Below are positions 8,179-17,728 of a DNA stretch of 61,656 bases, piece after piece. A program made the translations under genes and the position numbers. The notes under the pieces were generated by a model. That model was not told where the DNA came from. It ran no database searches and was given only the letters and a program-made list of their open reading frames with translations. Origin of the DNA: a virus (taxonomy: Duplodnaviria; Caudoviricetes); the IMG/VR virus record IMGVR_UViG_3300028897_000348, positions 1 through 61,656 of that record, one strand, 5' to 3'. The stretch's first letter is position 1; every line of letters begins with the position of its first letter.

Positions 8179-10167
8179 ATGCCAAATATTTCGCCTGGAG
8201 TCTATACCAAGATAATTGACCTCTCAACATATGTCCAAGTAGTTCCGAGTACTATCGGGTTCATTTGTGCTCTTACTACAAAAGGTAGAGATAATGAACT
8301 ACTTCTTATTGGATCTAGAGCTGACTTAGTCAGTGAATTTGGTGAACCAAACATTCAAGATTATGGAAAAAATTACGGACAAGGTCTTTACTGCGCATAC
8401 AATTTCCTAGGGGAATCTGGAAGTCTATATTTTATGAGATGTCTCCCAGATGATGCAGCTTTTGCTAATATGAGAATTGATGCAAAAATAGCTGCTGCTG
8501 ACGCAACTGCGTCAATAGTTATTACCTATGTTGACGCAATAGATACATTAGCCGACTTGAATACAAATCTTGCTGACGCAGCTCCAAACTATCCTATTGC
8601 TTTTTTATATCCGATTGGACGAGGAGAATATTACAACGGAATTGGAGTTAGATTTACAGAACATTCTAATCCGTTACTTAATGATGTTTATGTTATGGAC
8701 ATATATGAGAGACAATCTGATGGTGACGACGTAATTATCGAATCATTCGAAGTTTCATTTAATCCTAAAGCGGTTGATGATGCAGGTGAGTCAATCTTTA
8801 TCGTAGATATTCTAAATACATATTCTTCAGTACTAAGAGCAGATATGACTTTAACTTCTGGAAGTTATACTGGTGGATATGATTTAGTTTCCAGAATCTA
8901 TGACAAAAATATTGGAACTGTATCAGTAGTAGAAACTGTAGGCTCAGCAACTATTACTGATAATAAACAAGACTTTTCTGATTGGGCAACTACTGAAGCT
9001 CCTGGTGCTACACTAACTTATGTAGTAATAGCCACTGATGGAAAAGGAAATAAAGTTTGGGGTTGGTTAGGAGATTATAGTGGTGGAGATAATGAAACAA
9101 TTAACGTTTTTGACGAACGACATTATGATTCAGCAACACAATCTTGGAAAGGAGACACATCATTATTTGATGCAGTAGCTGGAACAGGAAACGAAATTAC
9201 TTACGTAATTAAGAAAGCTAATACAAGTATAGCAACTGCTTTTACTTCTAGCGAACCAGTTCCACTAAAACGAGGTTCTGACGGTTCTCTTATTGACGCC
9301 ACTGGAGACCTCGATACTGATGAAGCAACAAATATTCTAGCACAAGGTTATGCTGGAGTAATAGATGACCAAGTACTTGACGACGAAAATATCTACTTTA
9401 CTCTAGTTTTCGATTGTGGTTATCCAGATGAAGTTAAAACTAGTATAAGTTCACTAGTTCAAACAAGGAGAGATTGTGTAGGTATTTTAGACAATGGTGA
9501 TAATTCAGTAGTTGGTGGACCAAGTAGTAGTAGTGGTGCTATTTATCAACGTTTAAATAACCATACATATAATACCTTCTTGCTAGCTCTCTATGAAGAG
9601 TATAATAAAGTTTATGATGTATTTACTGGAAAAGACGTTTGGTTTTCACCGATTTATCATATGTCTTACATACTTCCAAGAAATGATACTGTATCTGAAC
9701 TTTGGTTTGCTGCTGCTGGTTTTAATAGAGCTGCTATTGATTCAATTAAAGAACTTAGATTCAATCCGAATCTTGACCAAAGAGATACAATGTATCTAAA
9801 ACAATTGAACCCAATCGTTAAGTTCAATCCTGGACATGTTGTTTGGGGTCAACTTACTACACAAGCGAAAGCAAGCGCATTACAAGATTTAAACATTGTA
9901 AGACTTGTATTGTATTGTAAACGAGCGTTATCAGAATACTGTAGATACTTTATTTTCGAACAAAATGATGCTATAACATGGAATCTAGTATCTGGCGATA
10001 TAGTTGAGTTTTTAGAAGCGATCAAAAAGAAAAGAGGTCTGTATGATTATAATGTTGAAGTTGGAGCTACAGACTATGAAAAGAAACGTAAAACATTCCA
10101 TGTTAATATAGTTCTAAATCCAACTAGAGTCGTTGAGAAGATCGAACTTAATTTCTTTATCAAGTAA
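8179..10167 (+). CDS. Tail sheath protein
   Basis: N-terminal SPGVY, WFAAAGFNRA, LNPIV, VVWGQLT, LNIVRL, FEQND and PTRVVEKI are sheath hallmarks. Confidence 0.95.
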   Translation: MPNISPGVYTKIIDLSTYVQVVPSTIGFICALTTKGRDNELLLIGSRADLVSEFGEPNIQDYGKNYGQGLYCAYNFLGESGSLYFMRCLPDDAAFANMRIDAKIAAADATASIVITYVDAIDTLADLNTNLADAAPNYPIAFLYPIGRGEYYNGIGVRFTEHSNPLLNDVYVMDIYERQSDGDDVIIESFEVSFNPKAVDDAGESIFIVDILNTYSSVLRADMTLTSGSYTGGYDLVSRIYDKNIGTVSVVETVGSATITDNKQDFSDWATTEAPGATLTYVVIATDGKGNKVWGWLGDYSGGDNETINVFDERHYDSATQSWKGDTSLFDAVAGTGNEITYVIKKANTSIATAFTSSEPVPLKRGSDGSLIDATGDLDTDEATNILAQGYAGVIDDQVLDDENIYFTLVFDCGYPDEVKTSISSLVQTRRDCVGILDNGDNSVVGGPSSSSGAIYQRLNNHTYNTFLLALYEEYNKVYDVFTGKDVWFSPIYHMSYILPRNDTVSELWFAAAGFNRAAIDSIKELRFNPNLDQRDTMYLKQLNPIVKFNPGHVVWGQLTTQAKASALQDLNIVRLVLYCKRALSEYCRYFIFEQNDAITWNLVSGDIVEFLEAIKKKRGLYDYNVEVGATDYEKKRKTFHVNIVLNPTRVVEKIELNFFIK

Positions 10168-10170
10168 ACA

Positions 10171-10212
10171 AAAAAAGAGTAGAGGAATAGATCAAAAATA
10201 TTCCTCTACTCT
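10171..10212. terminator. Intrinsic terminator between the sheath gene and the TNSSS cluster
   Basis: 14-bp stem AGAGTAGAGGAATA / TATTCCTCTACTCT, with an A-run giving a U-tail for minus-strand transcripts. Confidence 0.85.
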
Positions 10213-10224
10213 ACTCCAAAGACT

Positions 10225-10599
10225 TTAAAGGTTTTTTTCATATTTCTTTTTTATTTCATTAAGTTTCTCTTGATATTCGTCGTACCAAGCATTTACAATC
10301 CATCCTCTATCTGGTCCTGCATCATCTTCTATAATAACTAAATTCATCTCACTTAATAATGAGTGAAGTACACTAAATTCATTATTATTTGGGTACTCGT
10401 GAACCATACCAGTGTCTCTTAATTTATAGAAAATTTCAGAAAGTTTCTCAATAGAGATCTCACCATAATCTCCAATAATATCTATTATTCCAGTTTGTTC
10501 TTTTATTGAGAGACATTGTTCAAATGTTAAAGATGGCGGTATTGCTACTATCATATTCGTTGACGAACTATTAGTAACAAAATCATTCTTTATCTTCAT
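10225..10599 (-). CDS. TNSSS-tag family protein 1 (MKIKNDFVTNSSSTNM)
   Basis: N-terminal motif shared with four other ORFs. Confidence 0.85.
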   Translation of the reverse strand: MKIKNDFVTNSSSTNMIVAIPPSLTFEQCLSIKEQTGIIDIIGDYGEISIEKLSEIFYKLRDTGMVHEYPNNNEFSVLHSLLSEMNLVIIEDDAGPDRGWIVNAWYDEYQEKLNEIKKKYEKNL

Positions 10600-10602
10600 T
10601 TC

Positions 10603-10965
10603 TTATCCTGTGTCTATTATCTTAAATGAGATTGATTTAAAACCAAAAAGTTCCAACAATCTTTTTGGTCGAACTTTAGAATCTATAATCAACTCTCGCA
10701 TATAATGGGGTATATCATCATATGTATTAAACATACTTATAGATTCAGTTATTTCAAACATTCCCTTTCTTTTTTCTTCAACTTTTCTTGGATTGTAAAA
10801 TCTTAAAGTAGGAAGTTTCTCAGCATATCTATATGTTTCTAAATACCTCTCAAGGTACCGGTTCAAATTCGTTTGGAAACTATCTAAGTTTTTATCTGTT
10901 GACATAATAACCATAATAAAACTTGCTGAACTACTGTTAGTTACGTAATCAGTTTTAATTTTCAT
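10603..10965 (-). CDS. TNSSS-tag family protein 2 (MKIKTDYVTNSSSASF)
   Basis: Shared N-terminal motif; tandem array. Confidence 0.85.
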   Translation of the reverse strand: MKIKTDYVTNSSSASFIMVIMSTDKNLDSFQTNLNRYLERYLETYRYAEKLPTLRFYNPRKVEEKRKGMFEITESISMFNTYDDIPHYMRELIIDSKVRPKRLLELFGFKSISFKIIDTG

Positions 10966-10973
10966 TTCAGTCT

Positions 10974-11477
10974 CTAATGATGACTTATTCGAATATTCGA
11001 AAGTTCTCCAAATATATCTCCATGTTCCATATCAGAATAAATCCCTCCATCCTCATCTGAATAAGTAAAGAAATACAGTACTTTACCTATATTCTTTTTA
11101 ACGAATTCTGAAGCGACTTGTTCTGCTCCCCTTCTCCGTTTACTTTCAAATATTTTATTAACTTGTTGTATATCCATTCTAGTCTTAATAAGGCGATCAT
11201 ATTCTTCCCAACTCACATCTTCTTGAAAAGTTCCTGACATTAATTCTTCAATAACTCGATTAGTTATTCCTTTAAGTACTGGATCTAAATCAAAATCAAA
11301 ATTTCCTTGTTTTAAAACTATTGGCTCTTGATCTAGGATATCTTTAAGAACTATTCTTGCATGTTCAGTATACGTTAAATGTTCTTTAACATCGTCAAAT
11401 GTTTTTACTATCTTATCCCAAGCAACTATAAAACTTGAAGAACTTGAGTTTGTTACAAAACTCGTTTTTACTTTCAC
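10974..11477 (-). CDS. TNSSS-tag family protein 3 (MKVKTSFVTNSSSSSF)
   Basis: Shared N-terminal motif; GTG start overlapping the upstream stop (GTGA). Confidence 0.85.
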   Translation of the reverse strand: MKVKTSFVTNSSSSSFIVAWDKIVKTFDDVKEHLTYTEHARIVLKDILDQEPIVLKQGNFDFDLDPVLKGITNRVIEELMSGTFQEDVSWEEYDRLIKTRMDIQQVNKIFESKRRRGAEQVASEFVKKNIGKVLYFFTYSDEDGGIYSDMEHGDIFGELSNIRISHH

Positions 11478-11992
11478 TTCTCAGATCCTCTTTTCTTTTT
11501 CTTGTCTCTTTCTTTTTTCCACTTTTCTATTTCTTTTTCAAAAAGGATACTTCTCTCTCTTACAAATTCTTGTCTTGTTTTCATTTTAAAATCAGTTAAG
11601 TCCAAAAACAACTCACCTCTATCATCATGGTCAAGATATTCGTCTTCGTCAACATAGCGTTCTATTTCTAGTCCTCCACCACTCCAATCCTCATTTCTAC
11701 ATGTATCAACTCGAACTTTTCGTCCTCTAGCGACATCAATCCAATCTCCTCCAAAGATAAAAGTTTCGTAATTACAAGTCCATGGAATAATAATATTCCC
11801 CTCAAATTTAGGATTGTCCTTCAACCACTTTTTAACTTCTTTCTCATGAGGATGTGGGTCGCCTTCTGAGGTTTCTTTCCAGTTCTCAAAAAATATTTTT
11901 AACATCTTTTTAGCTGTAGTGATAGGCTTTCTATACTTTACAATAAATGAAGAACTAGAACTATTAGTTACAAAATCACTTTTAACTTTCAC
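11474..11992 (-). CDS. TNSSS-tag family protein 4 (MKVKSDFVTNSSSSSF)
   Basis: Shared N-terminal motif; GTG start with GAGG RBS. Confidence 0.85.
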   Translation of the reverse strand: MKVKSDFVTNSSSSSFIVKYRKPITTAKKMLKIFFENWKETSEGDPHPHEKEVKKWLKDNPKFEGNIIIPWTCNYETFIFGGDWIDVARGRKVRVDTCRNEDWSGGGLEIERYVDEDEYLDHDDRGELFLDLTDFKMKTRQEFVRERSILFEKEIEKWKKERDKKKKRGSEK

Positions 11993-12026
11993 TAATTTTT
12001 CCTCTAAAAATATAAAAAATACACTC

Positions 12027-12059
12027 GAAAAGTGGTACTAGATCAATACTAGTACCACT
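12027..12059 (-). terminator. Hairpin terminator / processing site upstream of the TNSSS array
   Basis: Stem AGTGGTACTAG / CTAGTACCACT with a short A-run on the left. Confidence 0.6.
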
Positions 12060-12240
12060 ATCGCAATGAAAAAACTCTGACTCCACGATTACTACTCTTC
12101 CCACCTTTCTTACATCCAGGACAATAAACTCTTGGAACTCCGTTTCCCCTCCATTCATATTTAAGTTTTGTCTTATGAGTAGTTTGACAAGAAGGACAAA
12201 TAGCTATTACAGTGTTTTTCTCCCTAGACGATTTCTTCAT
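12058..12240 (-). CDS. Small zinc-ribbon protein
   Basis: CPSC...CPGC; GGAGG RBS. Confidence 0.7.
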   Translation of the reverse strand: MKKSSREKNTVIAICPSCQTTHKTKLKYEWRGNGVPRVYCPGCKKGGKSSNRGVRVFSLR

Positions 12241-12413
12241 TTTTTATCCTCCAATTTATGTTCTCTAGACAGTATTAAAACACCTACTAGAAAAATAGCT
12301 ATCACTAAATTCATCATAGAAGAAAAACAAATAGCTAAAAGAGCGTTAAAAAGAAACAGGAAACACACGAAACGTCTAACAACTTTTCTTACTTCTTTTT
12401 CTTCATTAGTCAT
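12237..12413 (-). CDS. Small membrane protein (58 aa, MTNEEKEVRKVVRRFVCFLFLF...), not in the ORF track
   Basis: Read by hand; AAAGGAG RBS; ATGA overlap with the next gene; two hydrophobic segments. Confidence 0.7.
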   Translation of the reverse strand: MTNEEKEVRKVVRRFVCFLFLFNALLAICFSSMMNLVIAIFLVGVLILSREHKLEDKK

Positions 12414-12426
12414 AACTCACTCCTTT

Positions 12427-13497
12427 TTAGTATTCATAAGGACATATATCTGGATGTAACTTCAATCGATATCTACATGACTGGAAGGGTACAGAATTAT
12501 TCCAAGCATTTTCAATTGAGTTATTTTTTAACGAAATTCCAAACCTTTCATGATCAGCGAAAGAACATGGAACCAACTTCATGTCCGGAGTAATATAAGT
12601 TGACATCCTTCCAGCCTCACAAGTATCAATTGACATTTCTTGAAAAGAAGAAAATTTAGCGAACTTTTTTGTCTTGTTTACCATACAACTGTCAAGTCCG
12701 ACTTTAAATCTACAATGTGGTTCTCGAAGTAAATTACTAAGACGAAATATTTGACTTGTTTTTGGAATCCAATGCAAAAGATTCTTACCTCTTCCTTGTG
12801 GTTTAAATAAAAGAAAAATAACTGCATTGAGTCTCTCTAAATCTACTTTTTTATTCCACACATCAAACCCCTGTAATATTTTAATAGATCTCTCTGCAGA
12901 TATTCTTGTAAATACAAAATGTATATTAGTTTTGATACCCGCATCTACAAACATGTTTAATGCTTGATATGTAAAATCTTTTTGATAGTCAGAAACTGCT
13001 ACAGCACCACATAGTTTTGAAACTTCTACTTGAAAATTTGTTAACCCAATTCCACTTGTTGTATAGTTTGGAACTACATTATTTTTTCTCGAATATTCTA
13101 CTATCTCTCTAAAATCTTCATGTAAGTTTGGATCACCTCGTCCACCGAGAGCTACTTGATTCGTATGATGTTTACACTCATCAATAATTCGTTTGAAATC
13201 CTCAAGTTTCATATTGGGTTCTTGAGAACTACCTTGATAACAGAATTCACATTTATTCTTACAATGTCCCATTATCCCACAATCGATCATTGACGGCATA
13301 TCAAGAGAAAAAGGGTCTGGGTGACCATTAGTACCATGAAGTACTTCAAAACCTGTCCTCGTGTTGAATAATAGTTCATAGTGGTCGTTTCTAAAGCACT
13401 TATCAAAGTAACCAACTATTTCGATACTAGTATTTTCATCTCTTAATGTTTTGAATTCTATATCGAACTTATTATTGATTCCCATCTGTTTTCTCAC
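12427..13497 (-). CDS. Radical SAM enzyme with C-terminal SPASM/Twitch-like domain
   Basis: CKNKCEFC (CxxxCxxC), GGRGDPNLH, and CEAGRMSTYITPDMKLVPCSF with further C-terminal Cys; start may be the MGINN Met. Confidence 0.9.
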   Translation of the reverse strand: MRKQMGINNKFDIEFKTLRDENTSIEIVGYFDKCFRNDHYELLFNTRTGFEVLHGTNGHPDPFSLDMPSMIDCGIMGHCKNKCEFCYQGSSQEPNMKLEDFKRIIDECKHHTNQVALGGRGDPNLHEDFREIVEYSRKNNVVPNYTTSGIGLTNFQVEVSKLCGAVAVSDYQKDFTYQALNMFVDAGIKTNIHFVFTRISAERSIKILQGFDVWNKKVDLERLNAVIFLLFKPQGRGKNLLHWIPKTSQIFRLSNLLREPHCRFKVGLDSCMVNKTKKFAKFSSFQEMSIDTCEAGRMSTYITPDMKLVPCSFADHERFGISLKNNSIENAWNNSVPFQSCRYRLKLHPDICPYEY

Positions 13498-14011
13498 CGA
13501 ATCTAGTATAAACTACTCCATCAATTGTTCTAACTTGTTTAATATCTTTATAAACATCAAGAGTCATCGGCGCTATTTTATGTAATAACATTTGATCTTC
13601 TGGTCTCGTATTTTCCCACTCTTCTTCAGTAATGACTTCATCTGAATTCAGAATAATGAACTTATTTGCTTTATAGGGACCAAAGTCATTTTGTACAATC
13701 AACAAGGTATTGTAAAATTTCTTTCTAAGAACTTGTTGTAAACAATTCCCTCGATATCTATCATGGTAAACGCCCCAGCAAAGACCATTATTTACAAGAA
13801 TGTCTTCAATTTTATTTGCGTTCTCTTCGTTTGACTCAACTATTTCGTTAAGGTCATCAAAGTAGTCAATTAAAAGTTCCAGAACTGATTTCCACTTCTT
13901 TCCTACTAATCTTAAAACTCGATCTTTATTTTCATCATAATTTAAATTACGGATAATTTCTCGCCACCTTTTTTTTGGCGATAAAATAAACGTATCAACT
14001 AGATTTCCCAC
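13472..14011 (-). CDS. Hypothetical protein
   Basis: 179-aa ORF in a tightly packed operon. Confidence 0.7.
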   Translation of the reverse strand: MGNLVDTFILSPKKRWREIIRNLNYDENKDRVLRLVGKKWKSVLELLIDYFDDLNEIVESNEENANKIEDILVNNGLCWGVYHDRYRGNCLQQVLRKKFYNTLLIVQNDFGPYKANKFIILNSDEVITEEEWENTRPEDQMLLHKIAPMTLDVYKDIKQVRTIDGVVYTRFGEKTDGNQ

Positions 14012-14294
14012 TTAGAACCTCCAATACATTAAAACCATCTGGATAATGGTGTGCTCTATACTCTTTCATTTGTTCATCCATACTCATATTGAGATCATAA
14101 ACTTCTACTACTACAATTGCACTATGTGGCTCAGAGTACTTCAAATATTCTTCTTTAAATTCCTCTAAGCCACTAGTGTAGACTGGAAAATCAAACCAAT
14201 CAATTTGGTCACAAAATACAATCATATGACTTTTTTTCTGGTTAACTCCCTCCTTAAACCACGAAATTAGATCTTGTTTTGATGCTGCACTCAT
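13995..14294 (-). CDS. Hypothetical phage protein
   Basis: 99-aa ORF with overlapping start/stop. Confidence 0.7.
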   Translation of the reverse strand: MSAASKQDLISWFKEGVNQKKSHMIVFCDQIDWFDFPVYTSGLEEFKEEYLKYSEPHSAIVVVEVYDLNMSMDEQMKEYRAHHYPDGFNVLEVLSGKSS

Positions 14295-14515
14295 ATTTTA
14301 CTTCCATTCAGTTTTTTGACGATTGGAACTCCCTTTGTCCGTATTTTCTTTCTGACATACCAAATTGTTGGACAAATAGGACCTAAAAGAAAAATAAATA
14401 TGATAGAAAATAAGTCTACTAACATTATACCTTTATAGGACTTATTTACTCCTATAAAGTAATAGATACAAGAAACAAGGCCAATAAGTCCCCACAACAA
14501 TAATAGTAATTTCAT
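14291..14515 (-). CDS. Small membrane protein
   Basis: Two hydrophobic stretches; AGGAGG RBS; ATGA overlaps. Confidence 0.7.
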   Translation of the reverse strand: MKLLLLLWGLIGLVSCIYYFIGVNKSYKGIMLVDLFSIIFIFLLGPICPTIWYVRKKIRTKGVPIVKKLNGSKI

Positions 14516-15573
14516 TTGTTTACCTCCTTAGTTAAATAACTACTTACTATTAATATACATAACTTGTCCAACAATTCTTTGTCTGGTTTTTCTATTAAGA
14601 AACTATGTTTTTTAAGTTCTTTAAGTTCATTTGTTTGATCATTTGTTATCGATATTAATTCGTCATAAGAAATATTTCCAGATAAGATATATCTTAGTAT
14701 CTCTACATCTGGTCTAGGAAAAGTAATATTACCATCTGATAATACTTCATCTCCTTCTGATAACAAACGATACAAGTGAGTAGCATGTTTCAAGTCATAT
14801 CCAAATTTCTCTTCTAGTTTAGCCCTAGCAGGGTTTCTATTGTTCTTCCAATTTTGATATGACTTCCATTCTCTCATTGCATTCATATACGCTTTTTCTT
14901 TGTCAAGAGCCTCAATAAAGTTATCACTAATAGGCATTAATATTTTTATAGCTTCATAATCAGGTTCTTTTAAGTTTTGAGTCAAACTAATAAAAGAAAC
15001 GAATTCTTCCATTGACTCTAATTGCTCTCTCAACTCATGAAATTTTCCAATTTGTTGTAAGTATAAAGATAACAGTTTATTAAAAGCTCCAATTTGGTCT
15101 TTTGGAATTAAGGAATGGTTACTAGGAAGACCGTACTTCTCTCTTGTTGGATATTCTTTTGGTGGGTTTAAAAGCCAACTTCTATGACGTTTGATACGTT
15201 TTAGTTGCTCATTAGCATATCCAATAAATGTATCAGCACATAATTTAGAAACAATACTATCTCTCACAGAAACTATTTCAATCCATTCCTTTGATCGTAC
15301 TCTCCACAATTTCTTTGGAATAAATAGAAATTCAAGAACAGTAGGATTATTAGCTAATAACAGTTTCATGAAACTACGAATATCATAATAAGCTTTATCA
15401 TTCTCTTTATCTTCATAGTCTTTTAAACTAATTGTATTTAAAAAACCATAAAAATATTCCTTACTCGGTATGAAAACTCCTCTGATATCCATGTCTGATT
15501 CCTCTGTACTAGTTCCATATAGATTACTTCCCGTTATAGCTTCGAATATTAATTTAAAGTTGTTTGGTATCAT
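14512..15573 (-). CDS. Pol-beta superfamily nucleotidyltransferase (YcgL/RlaP-like)
   Basis: GSNLYGTSTEESDMDIRGVFIP (GS...DxD), NPTVLEFL, and GYDLKHATHLYRLL. Confidence 0.85.
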   Translation of the reverse strand: MIPNNFKLIFEAITGSNLYGTSTEESDMDIRGVFIPSKEYFYGFLNTISLKDYEDKENDKAYYDIRSFMKLLLANNPTVLEFLFIPKKLWRVRSKEWIEIVSVRDSIVSKLCADTFIGYANEQLKRIKRHRSWLLNPPKEYPTREKYGLPSNHSLIPKDQIGAFNKLLSLYLQQIGKFHELREQLESMEEFVSFISLTQNLKEPDYEAIKILMPISDNFIEALDKEKAYMNAMREWKSYQNWKNNRNPARAKLEEKFGYDLKHATHLYRLLSEGDEVLSDGNITFPRPDVEILRYILSGNISYDELISITNDQTNELKELKKHSFLIEKPDKELLDKLCILIVSSYLTKEVNK

Positions 15574-15914
15574 ATCAGACCATATTCTTTGAATTTCTGA
15601 TCTGCCTCTTCTTCAAGTTTGGCTTTTAGAACTTCTGAATTTCGTAGTAAGAAATTAAGCATTATTCCATCGAACACCAGTTTAGTAAACAATTTTGTTT
15701 CAAAGTCCCACTGTACTACTTCTTTTTCCTTACAAAGAACAGTTATTATATTCGTCATTACAGGTGGTATCTCTAAACTAACTGGCGTTTTTTCTTTTTT
15801 GTTAAACCAAAATAAAGGTCCATTTTCTAATGTTTCTACTACTATTTTCTTGACCATTGACTTTTCTTCCTCAGAAAGGTTAAATGGATTTTTAAGATAT
15901 TCATATATGTTCAT
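15570..15914 (-). CDS. Hypothetical protein
   Basis: 114-aa ORF with GGAGG RBS. Confidence 0.7.
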   Translation of the reverse strand: MNIYEYLKNPFNLSEEEKSMVKKIVVETLENGPLFWFNKKEKTPVSLEIPPVMTNIITVLCKEKEVVQWDFETKLFTKLVFDGIMLNFLLRNSEVLKAKLEEEADQKFKEYGLI

Positions 15915-17235
15915 TATATTCCTCCACTAATTTAGTTAGAATTTCTTTAGTGTTTAACTCTGGTTCATCTAGAACCTTATCTAAAAGAAAGTCAAGAATT
16001 TTTCCGATTATTGTTCCAGGACTTAAACCAGTTATTTCCATTATTTCATTTCCGTCTAATGCTAAATCACCAAACTTCTTCGGTGGTTTCTCGTTAACTA
16101 CTTTCTTTATAAACTCTAATAACGTTTTTACTTCATTAATTTTATACGGTAATTGTTTCAGATTTCCATGTTTGTCAGCAATTACTACTCTTATTAAATC
16201 CCTACAGTCTATTCCAGCTTCATGTAATTCTTTTAGAACTCGTCGAAGTGCTTTTGGATGACCAGGACTTATGTCTCTCATATGTAGAAATACTAATTTG
16301 GAAATATAGTCTATCTCTCTATTTGAGAACTTTAAAGTACTTAGTTCATCTTTTATTAAATCAACTCCGATATCAACATGACCAACAAACGTTAAGTCGT
16401 TCGTTCTTGGATTTATCTTACTCGCACTTGGTTTACCTACATCATGTAAATAAGTTGCTAACTTTAATAGTGGATATCTAGTAGAAATACAATCACCACA
16501 TATCATACTATGTTCAAAGACATCTTCATAATGATGCGGTCCATGTGGGTGATTAACACAGTCTTCTAACGATGGAAAAATATATATTAAGGCACCAATT
16601 TGGTGAAGAGTTCTAAAAAATTTTGAAGCTCTTCTGATTTCCATACTTTTAAGGATCTCAAGTCGGATCCTTTCTGGAGAAATAAGAGTTTCTACATAAT
16701 CAGAATATTCTCTAAGAGCATTCCACGTATTTTTCTCGATTATACCATCTAATCTTGCGTCAAACCTACAAGCTCTTATTATCCGATTTGGATCTTCAAG
16801 AATCCTCTTTTGAGGTTCTCCAACAAACTTTATTACTTTATTTTTAAGATCTTCCTTGCCTCCAAATAGGTCAATCAATTTATAATTTTTTACATCGAAA
16901 GCCATTGCATTGATTGTAAGATCTCTTCTAGCTAAATCTTCTTCTAAAGATCCAGCGAAAGTTACTTCTACATTTTTATCATTAAGACCACCATATCTAT
17001 CAATTCTATAAGTAGCTACTTCTACTCCATCAACTAAAACAACTCCAAAATTTTTTCCTACAGTCTTTATAGTTCTATCTCGAAATATATATTCAATCTC
17101 ATCGGGTCTAGCAGAAGTAACTATATCAATATCATGAGGTTCTTTTCCTAACAGATAATCTCTAACTGTACCACCAACTAAGTAAGCTTCGTATCCATAG
17201 TTATGTAATCTTTTAATTATCGGATGCGATCTCAA
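15901..17235 (-). CDS. cca: CCA-adding tRNA nucleotidyltransferase with HD domain
   Basis: VGGTVRD, DIDI, EVATYR, DLARRDLTINAMA, EDPNRIIRACRF and HD motif LHDVGKP; TTG start with AGGAGG RBS. Confidence 0.88.
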   Translation of the reverse strand: MRSHPIIKRLHNYGYEAYLVGGTVRDYLLGKEPHDIDIVTSARPDEIEYIFRDRTIKTVGKNFGVVLVDGVEVATYRIDRYGGLNDKNVEVTFAGSLEEDLARRDLTINAMAFDVKNYKLIDLFGGKEDLKNKVIKFVGEPQKRILEDPNRIIRACRFDARLDGIIEKNTWNALREYSDYVETLISPERIRLEILKSMEIRRASKFFRTLHQIGALIYIFPSLEDCVNHPHGPHHYEDVFEHSMICGDCISTRYPLLKLATYLHDVGKPSASKINPRTNDLTFVGHVDIGVDLIKDELSTLKFSNREIDYISKLVFLHMRDISPGHPKALRRVLKELHEAGIDCRDLIRVVIADKHGNLKQLPYKINEVKTLLEFIKKVVNEKPPKKFGDLALDGNEIMEITGLSPGTIIGKILDFLLDKVLDEPELNTKEILTKLVEEYNEHI

Positions 17236-17299
17236 TTTTATTGTCCTCCTTTCCTTTTATATTCTAATAGTACATTTTGTAACTTGTCTAAAAATTGTT

Positions 17300-17434
17300 T
17301 TATACATCTTCATGATACCGATAAGTCAATTCCCATTCAGACTCAGTAATCCTATTTCTTATCTTAGGTCTATCTTTTACATCTCTACAATATTTATAAG
17401 TCAGTTCTGACATTTCTTTTGGATGAATCCACAT
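17300..17434 (-). CDS. Small hypothetical protein (44 aa, MWIHPKEMSELTYKYCRDVKDRP...), possibly a truncated repeat protein
   Basis: Read by hand; AAGGA RBS; internal near-repeat ELTYKY / ELTYRY. Confidence 0.45.
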   Translation of the reverse strand: MWIHPKEMSELTYKYCRDVKDRPKIRNRITESEWELTYRYHEDV

Positions 17435-17484
17435 ATTCTGTTCCTTAAATAATCACCCTAAAATTAAGATTAAAAATAATCAAC

Positions 17485-17518
17485 AAAAATATCTGGAAGA
17501 AATCCTCCAGATATTTTT
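17485..17518. terminator. Bidirectional-type terminator hairpin
   Basis: Stem AAAAATATCTGGA / TCCAGATATTTTT. Confidence 0.7.
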
Positions 17519-17551
17519 TACAGTCCTCTGTATGGTCCTCTACTTTGACCA

Positions 17552-17728
17552 TTACATTAAACCCAAAAGCTCCATTCCGAACATAATTACTGCCGAAATA
17601 CATCCAACGATGAATATTAGAATAATCGCAGCAGGTATAGAAGCAAGAGACCACTTGACTGTGAACTTTACCATCGACCAAAATGGCATTCGAATGTCTA
17701 TTATAGTAACTTCGCTTCGTTGTTCCAT
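17552..17728 (-). CDS. Small membrane protein (MEQRSEVTIIDIRMPFWSMVKF...)
   Basis: GGAAGGAG RBS before the ATG at 17728; hydrophobic C-terminus. Confidence 0.7.
   Translation of the reverse strand: MEQRSEVTIIDIRMPFWSMVKFTVKWSLASIPAAIILIFIVGCISAVIMFGMELLGLM

Noticed and set aside
10225-11992. TNSSS N-termini as Sec signal peptides, or as a DNA-level repeat/DGR template
   Set aside because: There is no hydrophobic h-region, the codons differ between copies, and no reverse transcriptase is present.
17445-17552. ORF 17445..17681 as a real gene
   Set aside because: It overlaps the 17552..17728 gene in another frame and runs through a terminator hairpin.
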